A DNA stretch of 64,000 nt from a virus (lineage: Duplodnaviria > Caudoviricetes). Shown here in pieces: positions 54,392-63,519 of the stretch. The number at the start of each line of letters is the position of its first letter. Position 1 is the stretch's first letter. The notes beneath the pieces were generated by a model. That model had not been told where the DNA came from and did not search any database. It saw nothing but the letters and a program-made list of their open reading frames with translations. Both the position numbers and the translations under genes were made by a program. The stretch covers positions 1 to 64,000 of IMG/VR virus record IMGVR_UViG_2934356561_000002, one strand, 5' to 3'.

Positions 54392-56794
54392 TCAGTTCTG
54401 GGGCTTGCGGAGTACGGGGTGGTTGCCGTGCTCGTCAGGGGTGGCGCTGATGACGCCGTCGGCGGCGAGGTCAGCGATGACCGTGTTGGCTACCTCCCAG
54501 CCGATGCGGAGGTTCCGCTGAAGGAATGCGGCGGAGGCGTGCTGCTTGGCCACCACCAGTTCCACGGCGTCACCCATGACGGCGATGACTTGGCTGGTGA
54601 GACTGTTGTTCGTGCCCGGCTGGTCTCCGGTGTTGCCTTTTTCGTCGGTGGTCCACACGTAGACGCCGCGGCCCGGCTTCTGGATGTTGGGGTGGGCTGT
54701 GAACCAGTTCTGCACGGCGGTGTCGGACGGGGGTGTTTCGCCCGGGTACAGGGCTTCGAGCCGGGCGCGGACGTCTGCGACGGTGATGCCGTCCTTGCCT
54801 GCGTCGCGGACCCAGTTGGTGACCTCGTCGCGCCGGGGGTGCCGACGGTTGTTCTTCGTCGGCTTGATGAGGTCGACGGCGGCCTGCTTGGTGAGATTTT
54901 CGGCCTCGCTGAGCAGGCGCTCAACTGCGGCGGGGTCCAGTGCGGGCTCGGCTTCGGCGGCGGCCGGGGCCTGGGCCTGCTCGTATTGCTTGGCGCGCTC
55001 GATGTAGGAGTCGATGGAGGGCAGCGGGGCGATGGTTCCCGTGGCCGCGGCAGCTGACGGGCGGGCGGGCCGGGCCGGGCCCTGAGGTGCCGGGGCGGGG
55101 GTTGCGGGTTCGGTGGTGTTGGCAGGGGTGGGGCGGCCGATGGCGTCGAGGAGCCAGTTGATGCGGTCGGCCGCCCAGCGGGTGGAGTATCCGTAGGGGG
55201 CGGCGTCAGCCTGAGACTGCTTGTCGAGGTCGGGGCGGATGTCCCAGCGTTCGACGGCCTTCTCCTCGATGACGCGGGCTTCGGTGCCGTCGGGGTGCTC
55301 GTCGTCGTCATAGATGAAGTAGCCCTTGAACTTCTCGGGACCCATGCCGGTCTTGGAGCGCTTCTCGTCGAGGACGTAGAAGGATCCGTCGCCGGGCAGC
55401 TTGGACAGGTCGACGCGCTGGAAGTAGTCGGGGAACACGAACTGGCCTTCGCCCTTCTTGGGGAAGCGGCCTCCGATGACGGTGTCGTACTGGGACATGA
55501 CTTCGCCGCCGCCGGTGTTGGGTCCGGTGCCACGCTGGGCTGCGTCGATGTAGTCGACGGCGGCCTTGCGGCCCTTCTTGATGCCGCGGATCTTCTCCTG
55601 GATCGCCTCGGGGACGCGGGACATGAGCTCGGGGTTCTCGTCGGTGATGACGATGAGGGCCGGGGTGGTGGCGGTGGGGCGGATCTTGCCTCCGGGCATG
55701 CGGCGGGCACGGCCGTCGGCGACGGCGACGGATGCCTTGAGGAGACGCACGGCTTCTTCGACCGAGGTGGCGACCCAGTCGAGGATGGGCCGGTCGATGA
55801 GCCGGTCGTGCTGGTCCTTCCACTGCTCGACCCAAGGCCGCAGCCACCGCTTGGCTGTATTGCCCTCGGCCATGTCGATCATCCAGATGACGGCGTCGGT
55901 GCAGCGGGTGATGACACTGATGATGCAATGGAGCAGGACGGACTTGCCGCTCCCCTTCTTGCCGGCGATGAACACGCTGTTCTGCCGGAACTTGATCTCG
56001 AAGGGTTCGCCGGATTCCAGGGCGCCGAGGGTGAGGGGTTCGGTGATGGTGAGGGGGTGGGTGTCGTCGGGCAGGTCGATGGACTCGGACAGGACGTTGC
56101 GGGTGGAGACGTACAGGACGGCGTCGGAGGCGAGACCGCTGTCGCCGGGGCGGAGGTCGAGGGCGCCGGTACGCAGGTCGCCCTTCTTCGTCTCGATCAT
56201 CGGCAGCATAGGCAGGATCTGGGCGTACGGGGTGCCGGTGAGCTTGAGAGGCAGGGCGTATCCGCCGCGGGTGGTGAACGAGTCCGGCTGCACCTTGACG
56301 CCGCGGGCGCCGGCCTGCTCGAAGAGGCGCTCCCACTCGTTGCCGTCGACGACCTGGTTCTGCTTGGCCTCCTCGGCCCACTGGGCGGCGATCATGTCGT
56401 GGCGGAGGTAACGGTCAACGGCGTAGGCGGGGGTGAGGGCTGCGGTGGCGATCGCGACGGTCGCGGCGGAGGCCATGGTCCACGGGGAGTCGTGGGATGT
56501 CCAGGTGAGCCAGGCGTAGGTGGCGGCGGTCCAGGTCGCGGTGAACGCGGTGTGGAAGGTGCGGGCGGGGACGGTCTGGTGGCGGGTGCGGAACCAGCGG
56601 GATGCGGCGGCGGTGACGATCCCGGTGATGGAGCCGAGGCCCATGAGAGCGATCGGGAGGCCGGTGCCGTCTGTGGCGAGGTCCATGGCGAGGCCGCCGG
56701 CGTACACGGTGGCCGCGGTGTAGAGCGGCGTGGTGATGGTGCCGTGCCGCCACGGGATCGGCTCGTGGTTGCGGGGGCGGTCGAACATGGACAC
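54392..56794 (-). CDS. traB: Conjugative DNA translocase TraB (FtsK/SpoIIIE family)
   Basis: N-terminal TMs, GKKGSGKS Walker A, IVITDE Walker B, AAQR, C-terminal wHTH plus FtsK-gamma-like domain. Confidence 0.85.
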   Translation of the reverse strand: MSMFDRPRNHEPIPWRHGTITTPLYTAATVYAGGLAMDLATDGTGLPIALMGLGSITGIVTAAASRWFRTRHQTVPARTFHTAFTATWTAATYAWLTWTSHDSPWTMASAATVAIATAALTPAYAVDRYLRHDMIAAQWAEEAKQNQVVDGNEWERLFEQAGARGVKVQPDSFTTRGGYALPLKLTGTPYAQILPMLPMIETKKGDLRTGALDLRPGDSGLASDAVLYVSTRNVLSESIDLPDDTHPLTITEPLTLGALESGEPFEIKFRQNSVFIAGKKGSGKSVLLHCIISVITRCTDAVIWMIDMAEGNTAKRWLRPWVEQWKDQHDRLIDRPILDWVATSVEEAVRLLKASVAVADGRARRMPGGKIRPTATTPALIVITDENPELMSRVPEAIQEKIRGIKKGRKAAVDYIDAAQRGTGPNTGGGEVMSQYDTVIGGRFPKKGEGQFVFPDYFQRVDLSKLPGDGSFYVLDEKRSKTGMGPEKFKGYFIYDDDEHPDGTEARVIEEKAVERWDIRPDLDKQSQADAAPYGYSTRWAADRINWLLDAIGRPTPANTTEPATPAPAPQGPARPARPSAAAATGTIAPLPSIDSYIERAKQYEQAQAPAAAEAEPALDPAAVERLLSEAENLTKQAAVDLIKPTKNNRRHPRRDEVTNWVRDAGKDGITVADVRARLEALYPGETPPSDTAVQNWFTAHPNIQKPGRGVYVWTTDEKGNTGDQPGTNNSLTSQVIAVMGDAVELVVAKQHASAAFLQRNLRIGWEVANTVIADLAADGVISATPDEHGNHPVLRKPQN

Positions 56795-56908
56795 TGAGGT
56801 CTCCTTGGTGGTCTGGGCCGGGGGTGGTGGCCGGGCCTGCGGGGGTGCGGGCCCGGCCGGTGGCGCTGTTCGGAACTGGTCCTGCGGCAAATCGGTTGCG
56901 GGTGTGGG

Positions 56909-58861
56909 TCAGTCGTTGATGTTGGCGCCGATGTCCCACTTCGCGGCCTGCGGGGTCGGGTTCTCCAGGTTCTCGAGCTGCTCGGCGTGGACCATCCGGA
57001 ACAGGACGGGGATCGCTTCGAGGCGCTCGGCGAGGCTGTACCCGTAGGAGGCGGTGTCGTCGTAGGCGTCGCTGATGACGGGGTTGACCGCGAAGTTCTC
57101 GCGGGTGGAGGCCGCGGCGGCCTGGATGACCTGGCTGATCGCGGCCTGCACGTCGGACAGCTGACGGATGGTCGACTCGTAGCCGGCCATGTTCTCGGAC
57201 GGGTTGATGATGAGCATGATGCCCGCGTTACGGACGGCCTCTGCGGCGTAGACGAGCGGCATGGCGCCGGACAGGGAGGAGGACATGATGGGTGTTCCCT
57301 TCGGTGATGGTGCGTCCCACGGGCTGTTGACGGCCCGGCGGGCGGCGTGATCGCGGATGACCGCTGCAGCAACGGCTGCCGGGGAGACGGGCTTCAGCCT
57401 CGGACCGTTTGGGTCGGGCTGGGTGGTCGTGTTGCGGTACATCCACTTGTTGAGCCAGTTCCAGGAACCGGTGGCGTGGATGAGGCGGGCGACGGGGCTG
57501 GTGACGGCGTGCAGGAGCTTCGCGAGAGGCCTCACCCAGTTCGGGCCGAGGTCGGCGTATCGGATCGTGCCGAGCATCATGTGAGCCCGGGTGAAGGCCT
57601 GGCTGCCGAACCGCCACACGTGGGCGGCCGCCCGTGAGAAGCGGCGGGTGACCGGGCGGACAGCGGTACGGACACGTGCAGCAGCTGTCTTGATCCGGAG
57701 CTTGCGCAGGCGCCAGAGGTCGGAGCGGGCTTCCTTGAGCTCCGCCTTGTCCCTCTGGAACTGCTTGATCCGCTTGACCTTGCCGCGGGTCTTGTCGAGC
57801 CGGTCCCGGACCTTGCGCTGACGGCGGGTGCCTTCGGCTTCCTTTCGCTTCCTGGCGTCCTTGAGCGCGTTCTTCGTCAGCTCAACAGCGGCGGCCCCGT
57901 TCTTATGGGCAGCCTCCTTCAGGGCCCGCTCCTTCTTGAGCTCGTTCTTGCCGAGCGGCCGGGTGGGAGTGCTGGTCTTCGGCGCGTCCTTGAACGGCTT
58001 CATGTTCGGGGCGCTCTGGGTGCTGGGGGTGTGCTTCCGATCGTGGATGCGGCTGAGCCGGTCGGCACCCGACGACTTCCGGTTCGTTCCGCCCTGGCCT
58101 CCCCGGTTGCCCGGCCCGGTGCCGGTTCCGACAGACCCGAGACCGGTGGACGTCGTGCCGCCGCGGTGCTTGGGCTGGTTCGGGATCCGGTTCTTCCCGC
58201 CACCGCCCACGCCGCCGGCACCGGCACCGGTGCGGCTGGGTGACGGGCTGAGCATGGCGCCCGACTTGCCCGACCCGTTCTTGGGCATGTTCAGGCCCGC
58301 GGGCTTCAGAGAGGCGGAACCGCCCGACCGGCCAGACCTCGTCGAACCTCCCTTCCCTCCGCCCCCGAACCCGCCCAGCGACCCGCCGCCGGACTTCCGA
58401 CCACCGCCACGCCCGGAACCACCGAGAGAGCCCCCGCCACCGGACGAGCGAAGGAGCTGTCCGCCCCCGTCCTTACCGCGGCCAGGGCCCGCTCCCCCAC
58501 CACCACCGCCGACGGCGCCCAGGGCGTTCTTCCGGGCGTTGCGAACGGACCGTGTGCCGCGCCGCGCCTTCGCGACGAGGGCAGCGCTCGCGGCCAGGGC
58601 GCAGGCGATGACGCCGGCGAGAACGGCCGGAAGCCCGAACTGGTGGATCATCCAGCACAGGCTGATGAGGCCGGTGAGCGCTGCGCCGGGAATGACAGCT
58701 CCGGCGACAGTGCCGTCGGCGGGGGTTTCGGGGGCCGAGTCCTTCTTCTTGGTCGTCTTCTTCGGAGCGTCGGCGCTGGCCTGGGGGGTCTGCTGCGGGG
58801 TCGGGGCGGTGAGTGTGGCACCGGCCTCGGCGGGTGCCAGATTGAAGCTGTCGGTGCTCAC
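56909..58861 (-). CDS. TraA-like transfer protein (TM, Gly-rich, basic, helical C-terminus)
   Basis: Directly upstream of traB; C-terminus HAEQLENLENP...KWDI; possible internal start at about 57286. Confidence 0.62.
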   Translation of the reverse strand: MSTDSFNLAPAEAGATLTAPTPQQTPQASADAPKKTTKKKDSAPETPADGTVAGAVIPGAALTGLISLCWMIHQFGLPAVLAGVIACALAASAALVAKARRGTRSVRNARKNALGAVGGGGGGAGPGRGKDGGGQLLRSSGGGGSLGGSGRGGGRKSGGGSLGGFGGGGKGGSTRSGRSGGSASLKPAGLNMPKNGSGKSGAMLSPSPSRTGAGAGGVGGGGKNRIPNQPKHRGGTTSTGLGSVGTGTGPGNRGGQGGTNRKSSGADRLSRIHDRKHTPSTQSAPNMKPFKDAPKTSTPTRPLGKNELKKERALKEAAHKNGAAAVELTKNALKDARKRKEAEGTRRQRKVRDRLDKTRGKVKRIKQFQRDKAELKEARSDLWRLRKLRIKTAAARVRTAVRPVTRRFSRAAAHVWRFGSQAFTRAHMMLGTIRYADLGPNWVRPLAKLLHAVTSPVARLIHATGSWNWLNKWMYRNTTTQPDPNGPRLKPVSPAAVAAAVIRDHAARRAVNSPWDAPSPKGTPIMSSSLSGAMPLVYAAEAVRNAGIMLIINPSENMAGYESTIRQLSDVQAAISQVIQAAAASTRENFAVNPVISDAYDDTASYGYSLAERLEAIPVLFRMVHAEQLENLENPTPQAAKWDIGANIND

Positions 58862-58920
58862 GGACGGGTCCTCTTCCTCAAGGCTCAAACGACGGGGTGA
58901 TTGCTGTGCGTGATGTTCGG

Positions 58921-59064
58921 GAGGCCAACCTGGAGACCAAGGTCAACGCCAACCCCAAGGCCAACCAGCGAGAAAAGCGCTGTTCAGAGGGCGATTTTCC
59001 GGAGGTTGGGGGCCTGGATGGGGGTGTGGGTTCCGAAGTTGGTGTTGGTCTTGGTCTTGGCCTC
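58921..59064. repeat. Inverted clusters of CCAA/TTGG hexamer repeats upstream of traA
   Basis: GAGGCCAACC...GACCAAGG..GCCAACCCCAAGGCCAACC versus GTTGGTGTTGGTCTTGGTCTTGGCCTC. Confidence 0.5.
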
Positions 59065-59343
59065 ACCACTTCCGTCACCGTGTGTGGCGGCGGTGATGGG
59101 GCGGTAGACGGGCTCTCCGACATACCCGGAGGCCTCGTACGGGTGCTGGTTGCGCAGGTCCTCGATGCTCTGCAGGGCCGTGAACAGCTCGTCGCGGACC
59201 TCGTCCATGTCGACCGCGTACCAGGGCGCGGTGTCGACGTCCTGGTCGGTACTGGTGAGCCCGCTGGGCCGGATGTCGGGGCTCGTGAACGCGGACGAGC
59301 TGGCTGTCCGCAGACGCTTCTGATCGATGCTCACCTGGCTCAC
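58984..59343 (-). CDS. Hypothetical protein
   Basis: 119 aa; GTGA overlap with the upstream gene. Confidence 0.55.
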   Translation of the reverse strand: MSQVSIDQKRLRTASSSAFTSPDIRPSGLTSTDQDVDTAPWYAVDMDEVRDELFTALQSIEDLRNQHPYEASGYVGEPVYRPITAATHGDGSGEAKTKTNTNFGTHTPIQAPNLRKIAL

Positions 59344-60509
59344 AGGTACATCCCCGTTCCGTCGCTGATTCGGTCTCGTGCGTCCTTGAGCCGTCGGCCT
59401 GCGGTGGCCGGGCTCACGCCGAGGAGCTGAGCCGCCGTGGTTTTGGTGAGCCGGTCGCCGATGGTGAGCCGGTGAGCCAGGGTTGCGATCTGCTGCTCCT
59501 TCTCGTCTGAGCCGGTCTCCGTCTCAGTGGGCTCACTGGTGGTCGGCTCAGCGTCGGCCTCGAGGGTCTTGGTGAGGGTCGGCTCAGCCGGGGTCAAGAC
59601 GGGCTCACCGCGAAGCTGCTGGTCAGCCGGGGCGGTAATCGTTGTGGGGTCGGGAAGGGAGCGGGGGGTGGGGCCCTGGTTCGGCTCAGCGTTCTGGGCC
59701 AGGCTCACGCTGCCGCTGGTGAGCTCACGGGTCGGCTCAACGATCGGCTCACCCGATTCGACGGCCGGGCTCATGGGCTGAGCCGGGAAGGGCTCACGGG
59801 CGTCGGTGAGCATGGACACGAGAGCCGCGTCGGCCCCCTTGGTGAGCCGGTCGCGCTGTACAGAGATGAGCCCTGAGCCGAGCTGGGTATCGCCGTCACC
59901 GACCTGGCTCATGAGCTTCCACGCCCTGAGAGCCGACTTCTCACGCACCTTCTTGTTGGGGTGCCGTTCGGCCTGGGCGGCGTGGAAGGCGATCTCGCGC
60001 ATCGTCTCGGCGTTGCGGCGCTGGGCTTCGACGTCGACTCCGGTGGTGTGGGAGACGATCCGGCGGGCGAGGAAGCTGATGCCTTCGGCGGCTGCGGTCA
60101 TCGCGAGGGGGGTGAGGCCGTAGACGACGGCTTCCTTCATCGTGGGGGCGATGACGATGCCCATGGTTGAGGCGGCGGCGGGGAGGGCCCAGAGGGCGGC
60201 GCGGACGATGAGGGGGGCGGCCTGGCCGAGCATGGTGACGCCGATCATGACGATGGCGGCGACGAGGGTTGCGCCTTCGCCGGCGGCGACGACGCCGAGG
60301 GCGGTTGCGGAGCGGTGGAGTTCGGCGGTGGCGTTGGCGTAGGTGCCGATGGCGCCGGCGACTCCGACGGCGATCATCGGGATGGTGGCCAGGGCGAGCA
60401 CCCACTTCTGCCCGCGGGTGAGAGAGCGGATGGTGTCGGCCCCGGCGGTGGGCAGGGCCTGGCCCGGGGTGGGGCTGGTGGTCGGCTCCAGAGCCGGGGT
60501 GCTGGTCAT
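59340..60509 (-). CDS. SpdB-like spread/transfer membrane protein with C-terminal HTH
   Basis: 4-5 TM helices; LTKTTAAQLLGVSPATAGRRLKDAR. Confidence 0.72.
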   Translation of the reverse strand: MTSTPALEPTTSPTPGQALPTAGADTIRSLTRGQKWVLALATIPMIAVGVAGAIGTYANATAELHRSATALGVVAAGEGATLVAAIVMIGVTMLGQAAPLIVRAALWALPAAASTMGIVIAPTMKEAVVYGLTPLAMTAAAEGISFLARRIVSHTTGVDVEAQRRNAETMREIAFHAAQAERHPNKKVREKSALRAWKLMSQVGDGDTQLGSGLISVQRDRLTKGADAALVSMLTDAREPFPAQPMSPAVESGEPIVEPTRELTSGSVSLAQNAEPNQGPTPRSLPDPTTITAPADQQLRGEPVLTPAEPTLTKTLEADAEPTTSEPTETETGSDEKEQQIATLAHRLTIGDRLTKTTAAQLLGVSPATAGRRLKDARDRISDGTGMYL

Positions 60510-60546
60510 CGGTACTCGGTCCTTCCGGTGTGGGCGTGTCGGGCAG

Positions 60547-60918
60547 TCAGGCGGTCTTGGCGCGACGGGGGAGCCAGAGGCGGCGCTTCGGCTCGGGATT
60601 GATGGCCGGGGCCGGGGCCGGGGCGGTCGACGCTGAGGGCATCGGAAGGGCTCGGCACGTGTCGGCGTGGGACTGCGCCCAGGACCTGGCGTTGCGATCG
60701 CCCTTGTCCCGGTTCTGGAAGTCGACGTAAACACTGGTGCCGTAGCTGTGGTACTGGTCCGCCCACTTGGACTGCTGGGAGCCCTGGCAGCCGGTGCATG
60801 CGGCCTGCGTCGCCTTGGCTTTGTCCGACAGGTCCTCATGGCTCAGGTCGACGGTGGCGCCGCCGACGGTGAGGTAGCGGGCGATGACACCTTCGGGCCA
60901 GGTGGTCTGTGTGCTCAT
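60547..60918 (-). CDS. Hypothetical protein
   Basis: RYLTVGGATVDL...CTGC...WAQSHADTCRALP; RBS GAAAGGA. Confidence 0.72.
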   Translation of the reverse strand: MSTQTTWPEGVIARYLTVGGATVDLSHEDLSDKAKATQAACTGCQGSQQSKWADQYHSYGTSVYVDFQNRDKGDRNARSWAQSHADTCRALPMPSASTAPAPAPAINPEPKRRLWLPRRAKTA

Positions 60919-60962
60919 CGGGGCTGGTGTCCTTTCCAGGTGAGTGTGGTGACGGCGGCTCA

Positions 60963-61184
60963 TCAGGCGGCGGCCGGGATGGCGGTCAGGTACGCGTCGG
61001 GGCCGTCGTCGGCGTGGTGGTTGCAGAACCCGCAGGTGTTTCGGGTGCGGGGGTTCTCGGCGGCGCAGAACCAGCAGGTGCGGGTGAGGTGGTCGATCTC
61101 GGCGAGGTTCTGCTGGGTCTCGATGTCGGTGGTGGTCCAGGTGGTGGGGTCGCCGTGCAGGGTGCGGAACTCGGTGCCGGTCAC
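60963..61184 (-). CDS. Small zinc-finger protein
   Basis: CWFCAAENPRTRNTCGFC; RBS GAAGGAG. Confidence 0.65.
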   Translation of the reverse strand: MTGTEFRTLHGDPTTWTTTDIETQQNLAEIDHLTRTCWFCAAENPRTRNTCGFCNHHADDGPDAYLTAIPAAA

Positions 61185-61263
61185 GGTGGTGCTCCTTCCG
61201 GGTCGTGCGGCGGGTGGGGTCCGGTCGTCTGTCGGCTCGGCGACCGGACCCCGGCGGGGGTGG

Positions 61264-61755
61264 TCAGTAGGTGAGGGGCTGGCGGGCCTCACGGTCGGCG
61301 AGCTGCTGCTGCGCGGCGTGGACGATCTCGGAGTGGTCGAACGCGAGCGGCGGCAGGGCGTTCAGGGGCCACCACTGGGCGTCGGCAGCGTCGTCACGGG
61401 CCTCGATGATCGTTCCGGGGACGACGGTCAGGTGGTAGGCGACGGTGACGTACCTGCCGCGCGGGTCGCGGTCGGGCTGGTCGAACACGCCGATCTGGGT
61501 CAGCTCGTTCGGCGCCGCGTACACTCCCGCCTCTTCGGCGAGTTCGCGGGCGGCGGCGGTTCGGCTGGTCTCGCCGGGGTCGACGTGCCCGCCGGGCAGC
61601 GCCCACTGGCCCTTGTGCGGGTCCCAGCCGCGCTCGATCAGCAGGACGTGGTCGTCGGTCGTGGTGACGACGGTGTCGGCGGTGTAGCGGATCGTCTCGA
61701 ACTTCTCGGTCTCGTTGACTCGGTTGCCGGGGGTCATGCCGGTTGTCTCGGTCAT
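61264..61755 (-). CDS. Nudix hydrolase (as in pSAM2-type elements)
   Basis: Nudix box GGHVDPGETSRTAAARELAEEAG; RDPR; LAFDH. Confidence 0.92.
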   Translation of the reverse strand: MTETTGMTPGNRVNETEKFETIRYTADTVVTTTDDHVLLIERGWDPHKGQWALPGGHVDPGETSRTAAARELAEEAGVYAAPNELTQIGVFDQPDRDPRGRYVTVAYHLTVVPGTIIEARDDAADAQWWPLNALPPLAFDHSEIVHAAQQQLADREARQPLTY

Positions 61756-61774
61756 TGGCGTGCCTTCCTGCTGG

Positions 61775-62176
61775 TCAGTGGCTGCTGATGGAGCCGGATG
61801 CTTCGGATGCGTGCTGGTGAAGCCACGGGTCGGTGAGGTCGAACAGGGCCTGCTCGCCGTGCTGCTGGGTGGCCTTTTGGCGGTCGAGGGGGAGGTGGCG
61901 GAGGGCGGGGTTGGTGTCGGCGGTGGAGAGTCGGGCCACAAGGTGGGCGAGGGCGGTGAGGATGTCGGTGCCGTCGGAGGATCCGGCGAGCGTGGCGAGG
62001 AGGGTTTGGGTCTTGTCGGTGCTGTGGCGGTCGAGGGCGAGGAGGCGGATGCCGTTGCGGAGGAGGTCGATGCCGGGGTGGATGCCGGTCAGGTCGTCGA
62101 GGACGCCGGCGAGGTCGTCTTCCAGGGGCGGGACGGCGTTGCCGGTGGTGTGGACGGGTCCGTAGTAGGTGGCCAT
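61775..62176 (-). CDS. Hypothetical protein
   Basis: 133 aa; TGATG coupling. Confidence 0.7.
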   Translation of the reverse strand: MATYYGPVHTTGNAVPPLEDDLAGVLDDLTGIHPGIDLLRNGIRLLALDRHSTDKTQTLLATLAGSSDGTDILTALAHLVARLSTADTNPALRHLPLDRQKATQQHGEQALFDLTDPWLHQHASEASGSISSH

Positions 62177-62631
62177 CACAGCTCCCCGTCCCATTCGCCA
62201 GTGACGAGCTGGTCGTACGCGGCGACGGATGCCTCGGCGTCGGGTCCGCTGAACACGTCCGTGAGGTACGACTCGGGGTCGACCTTCGCGAAGTGGTCCT
62301 CGATCGCGGCGACGAGGAGCGGGTCGGGTGTGGGGGTGTCGGCGACCGCGGACGCGGACCAGTCACTGGGCTCGCTGGTTGCCGGGGCCGGGGTCTGTGC
62401 GGCGCCCAGTACGGGGCTGACACCGGCCGGCCCGCCCAGGGCCTTGAGGATCCGGGCGAGGGCGTCGGCGGACACGTCGACGCTGAAGCAGTGCTCCCAC
62501 GGGGCGTCCGTCTCGACGTTCAGGGAGGCGAGGTTGATACGGACACCGGCCTGACCGCGGAGGAGTTCACCGCCGCCGATCTGGTGCAGCGCCACGACCA
62601 GGGCGCGGATGCCGTCAGGGATGTTCGCCAT
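62176..62631 (-). CDS. Hypothetical protein
   Basis: MANIPDGIRALVVAL...; TGATG coupling. Confidence 0.65.
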   Translation of the reverse strand: MANIPDGIRALVVALHQIGGGELLRGQAGVRINLASLNVETDAPWEHCFSVDVSADALARILKALGGPAGVSPVLGAAQTPAPATSEPSDWSASAVADTPTPDPLLVAAIEDHFAKVDPESYLTDVFSGPDAEASVAAYDQLVTGEWDGEL

Positions 62632-62885
62632 CACGCCACCGCCTTCGCGATGACGCTCAGGTCGACAACCAGGCGCAGGTCGCCCTGGGGGGACAGCTTC
62701 TTGATGAGCACGATCTTGGCGCCTTGGCTGACCTTCTCCTTCGCGTAGCGAACCGCCCAGCGACGGTCGTACGTGTCGAAGGTCCGGGAGGTCATGTCTG
62801 CGGAGCCCCAGACAAAGATCACCCGATAGCGGCGGTTGTTCGCGGTGCGGTCCGTGTGCCGGTTCGTACGACGCCTGGCGCTCAT
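62631..62885 (-). CDS. Small basic protein
   Basis: 84 aa; ATGA coupling. Confidence 0.62.
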   Translation of the reverse strand: MSARRRTNRHTDRTANNRRYRVIFVWGSADMTSRTFDTYDRRWAVRYAKEKVSQGAKIVLIKKLSPQGDLRLVVDLSVIAKAVA

Positions 62886-63052
62886 GCCGCCACCGCCTTG
62901 ATGACAAGGCGGCCGTTGCCGCGCTTCACGCCAGCGGCGATCAGCCGGCGGGGGGCGGGCACTGTGGCCGTGCGGCGCAGCGCCTCGTTGAAGTCGAGGT
63001 CGGAAGTGGTGGAGGGGGACGAACTGGCACTTGATGTGCGATCCTGCTTCAT
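62882..63052 (-). CDS. Small protein (56 aa)
   Basis: RBS AGGAGG; ends VIKAVAA. Confidence 0.5.
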   Translation of the reverse strand: MKQDRTSSASSSPSTTSDLDFNEALRRTATVPAPRRLIAAGVKRGNGRLVIKAVAA

Positions 63053-63153
63053 GCGGATCACGCCTCCTGATTGAGCAGGTAGGGCTGGGTCTGTTCAGGG
63101 CCTCGGTCACCTGCGGTTGCGTCGCTGGTGTTCGGGGCCTTTTCGTTGTTGCG

Positions 63154-63357
63154 TCAGGCGACCACGGAGTCGACGAGGTAGCTGTCGACAGCCGCTCTGG
63201 GGATGCGCAGTCCGCGGCGCCTTACCGAGCCGCTGCCGAGCCGGTGCGCGTCAAGGCGCTTCTCGCGGACGAGCCGACGAACGGTCTGGGGGTGAAGGCT
63301 GAGAATCTGCGCGACCTGAATGGCATCCAGCAGGTCGTTGCTTCGGGCGTCGCTCAT
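63154..63357 (-). CDS. Excisionase-like HTH protein
   Basis: LLDAIQVAQILSLHPQTVRRLVREKRLDAHR...LRIPRAAVDSYL. Confidence 0.85.
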   Translation of the reverse strand: MSDARSNDLLDAIQVAQILSLHPQTVRRLVREKRLDAHRLGSGSVRRRGLRIPRAAVDSYLVDSVVA

Positions 63358-63388
63358 GGCAAATCTCCTTTCCGGAGCCTGGAGCCAA

Positions 63389-63443
63389 CTCCCCTAGGGG
63401 AGCTCCTTGAGTTCATTGAAGCTCAGTCCCCTATGGGAGTCAA
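63389..63443 (-). promoter_or_regulatory. Promoter of the xis-tra operon with two palindromic operators
   Basis: TTGACT-N17-TTCAAT; CTCCCCTAGGGGAG at 63389-63402 and GTCCCCTATGGGAG at 63426-63439. Confidence 0.7.
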
Positions 63444-63473
63444 GCGCGCAGAGCGAACGCGCCCCCGGAACGC

Positions 63474-63508
63474 AAAAAAGCCCCTGCCAGCGGGGGCTGA
63501 CAGGGGCT
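63474..63508 (-). terminator. Intrinsic terminator of the GntR gene
   Basis: AGCCCCTGTCAGC...GCTGGCAGGGGCT followed by a T run. Confidence 0.8.
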
Positions 63509-63519
63509 CAGGGGAGGCG

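Noticed and set aside
58100-58520. Gly-rich low-complexity stretch in the TraA-like gene as a DNA repeat element
   Set aside because: Explained by a disordered protein linker; no exact periodic DNA unit
58984-59343. HPYE motif suggesting a CutA/NIF3-like protein
   Set aside because: Only four residues match; the rest of the sequence does not fit
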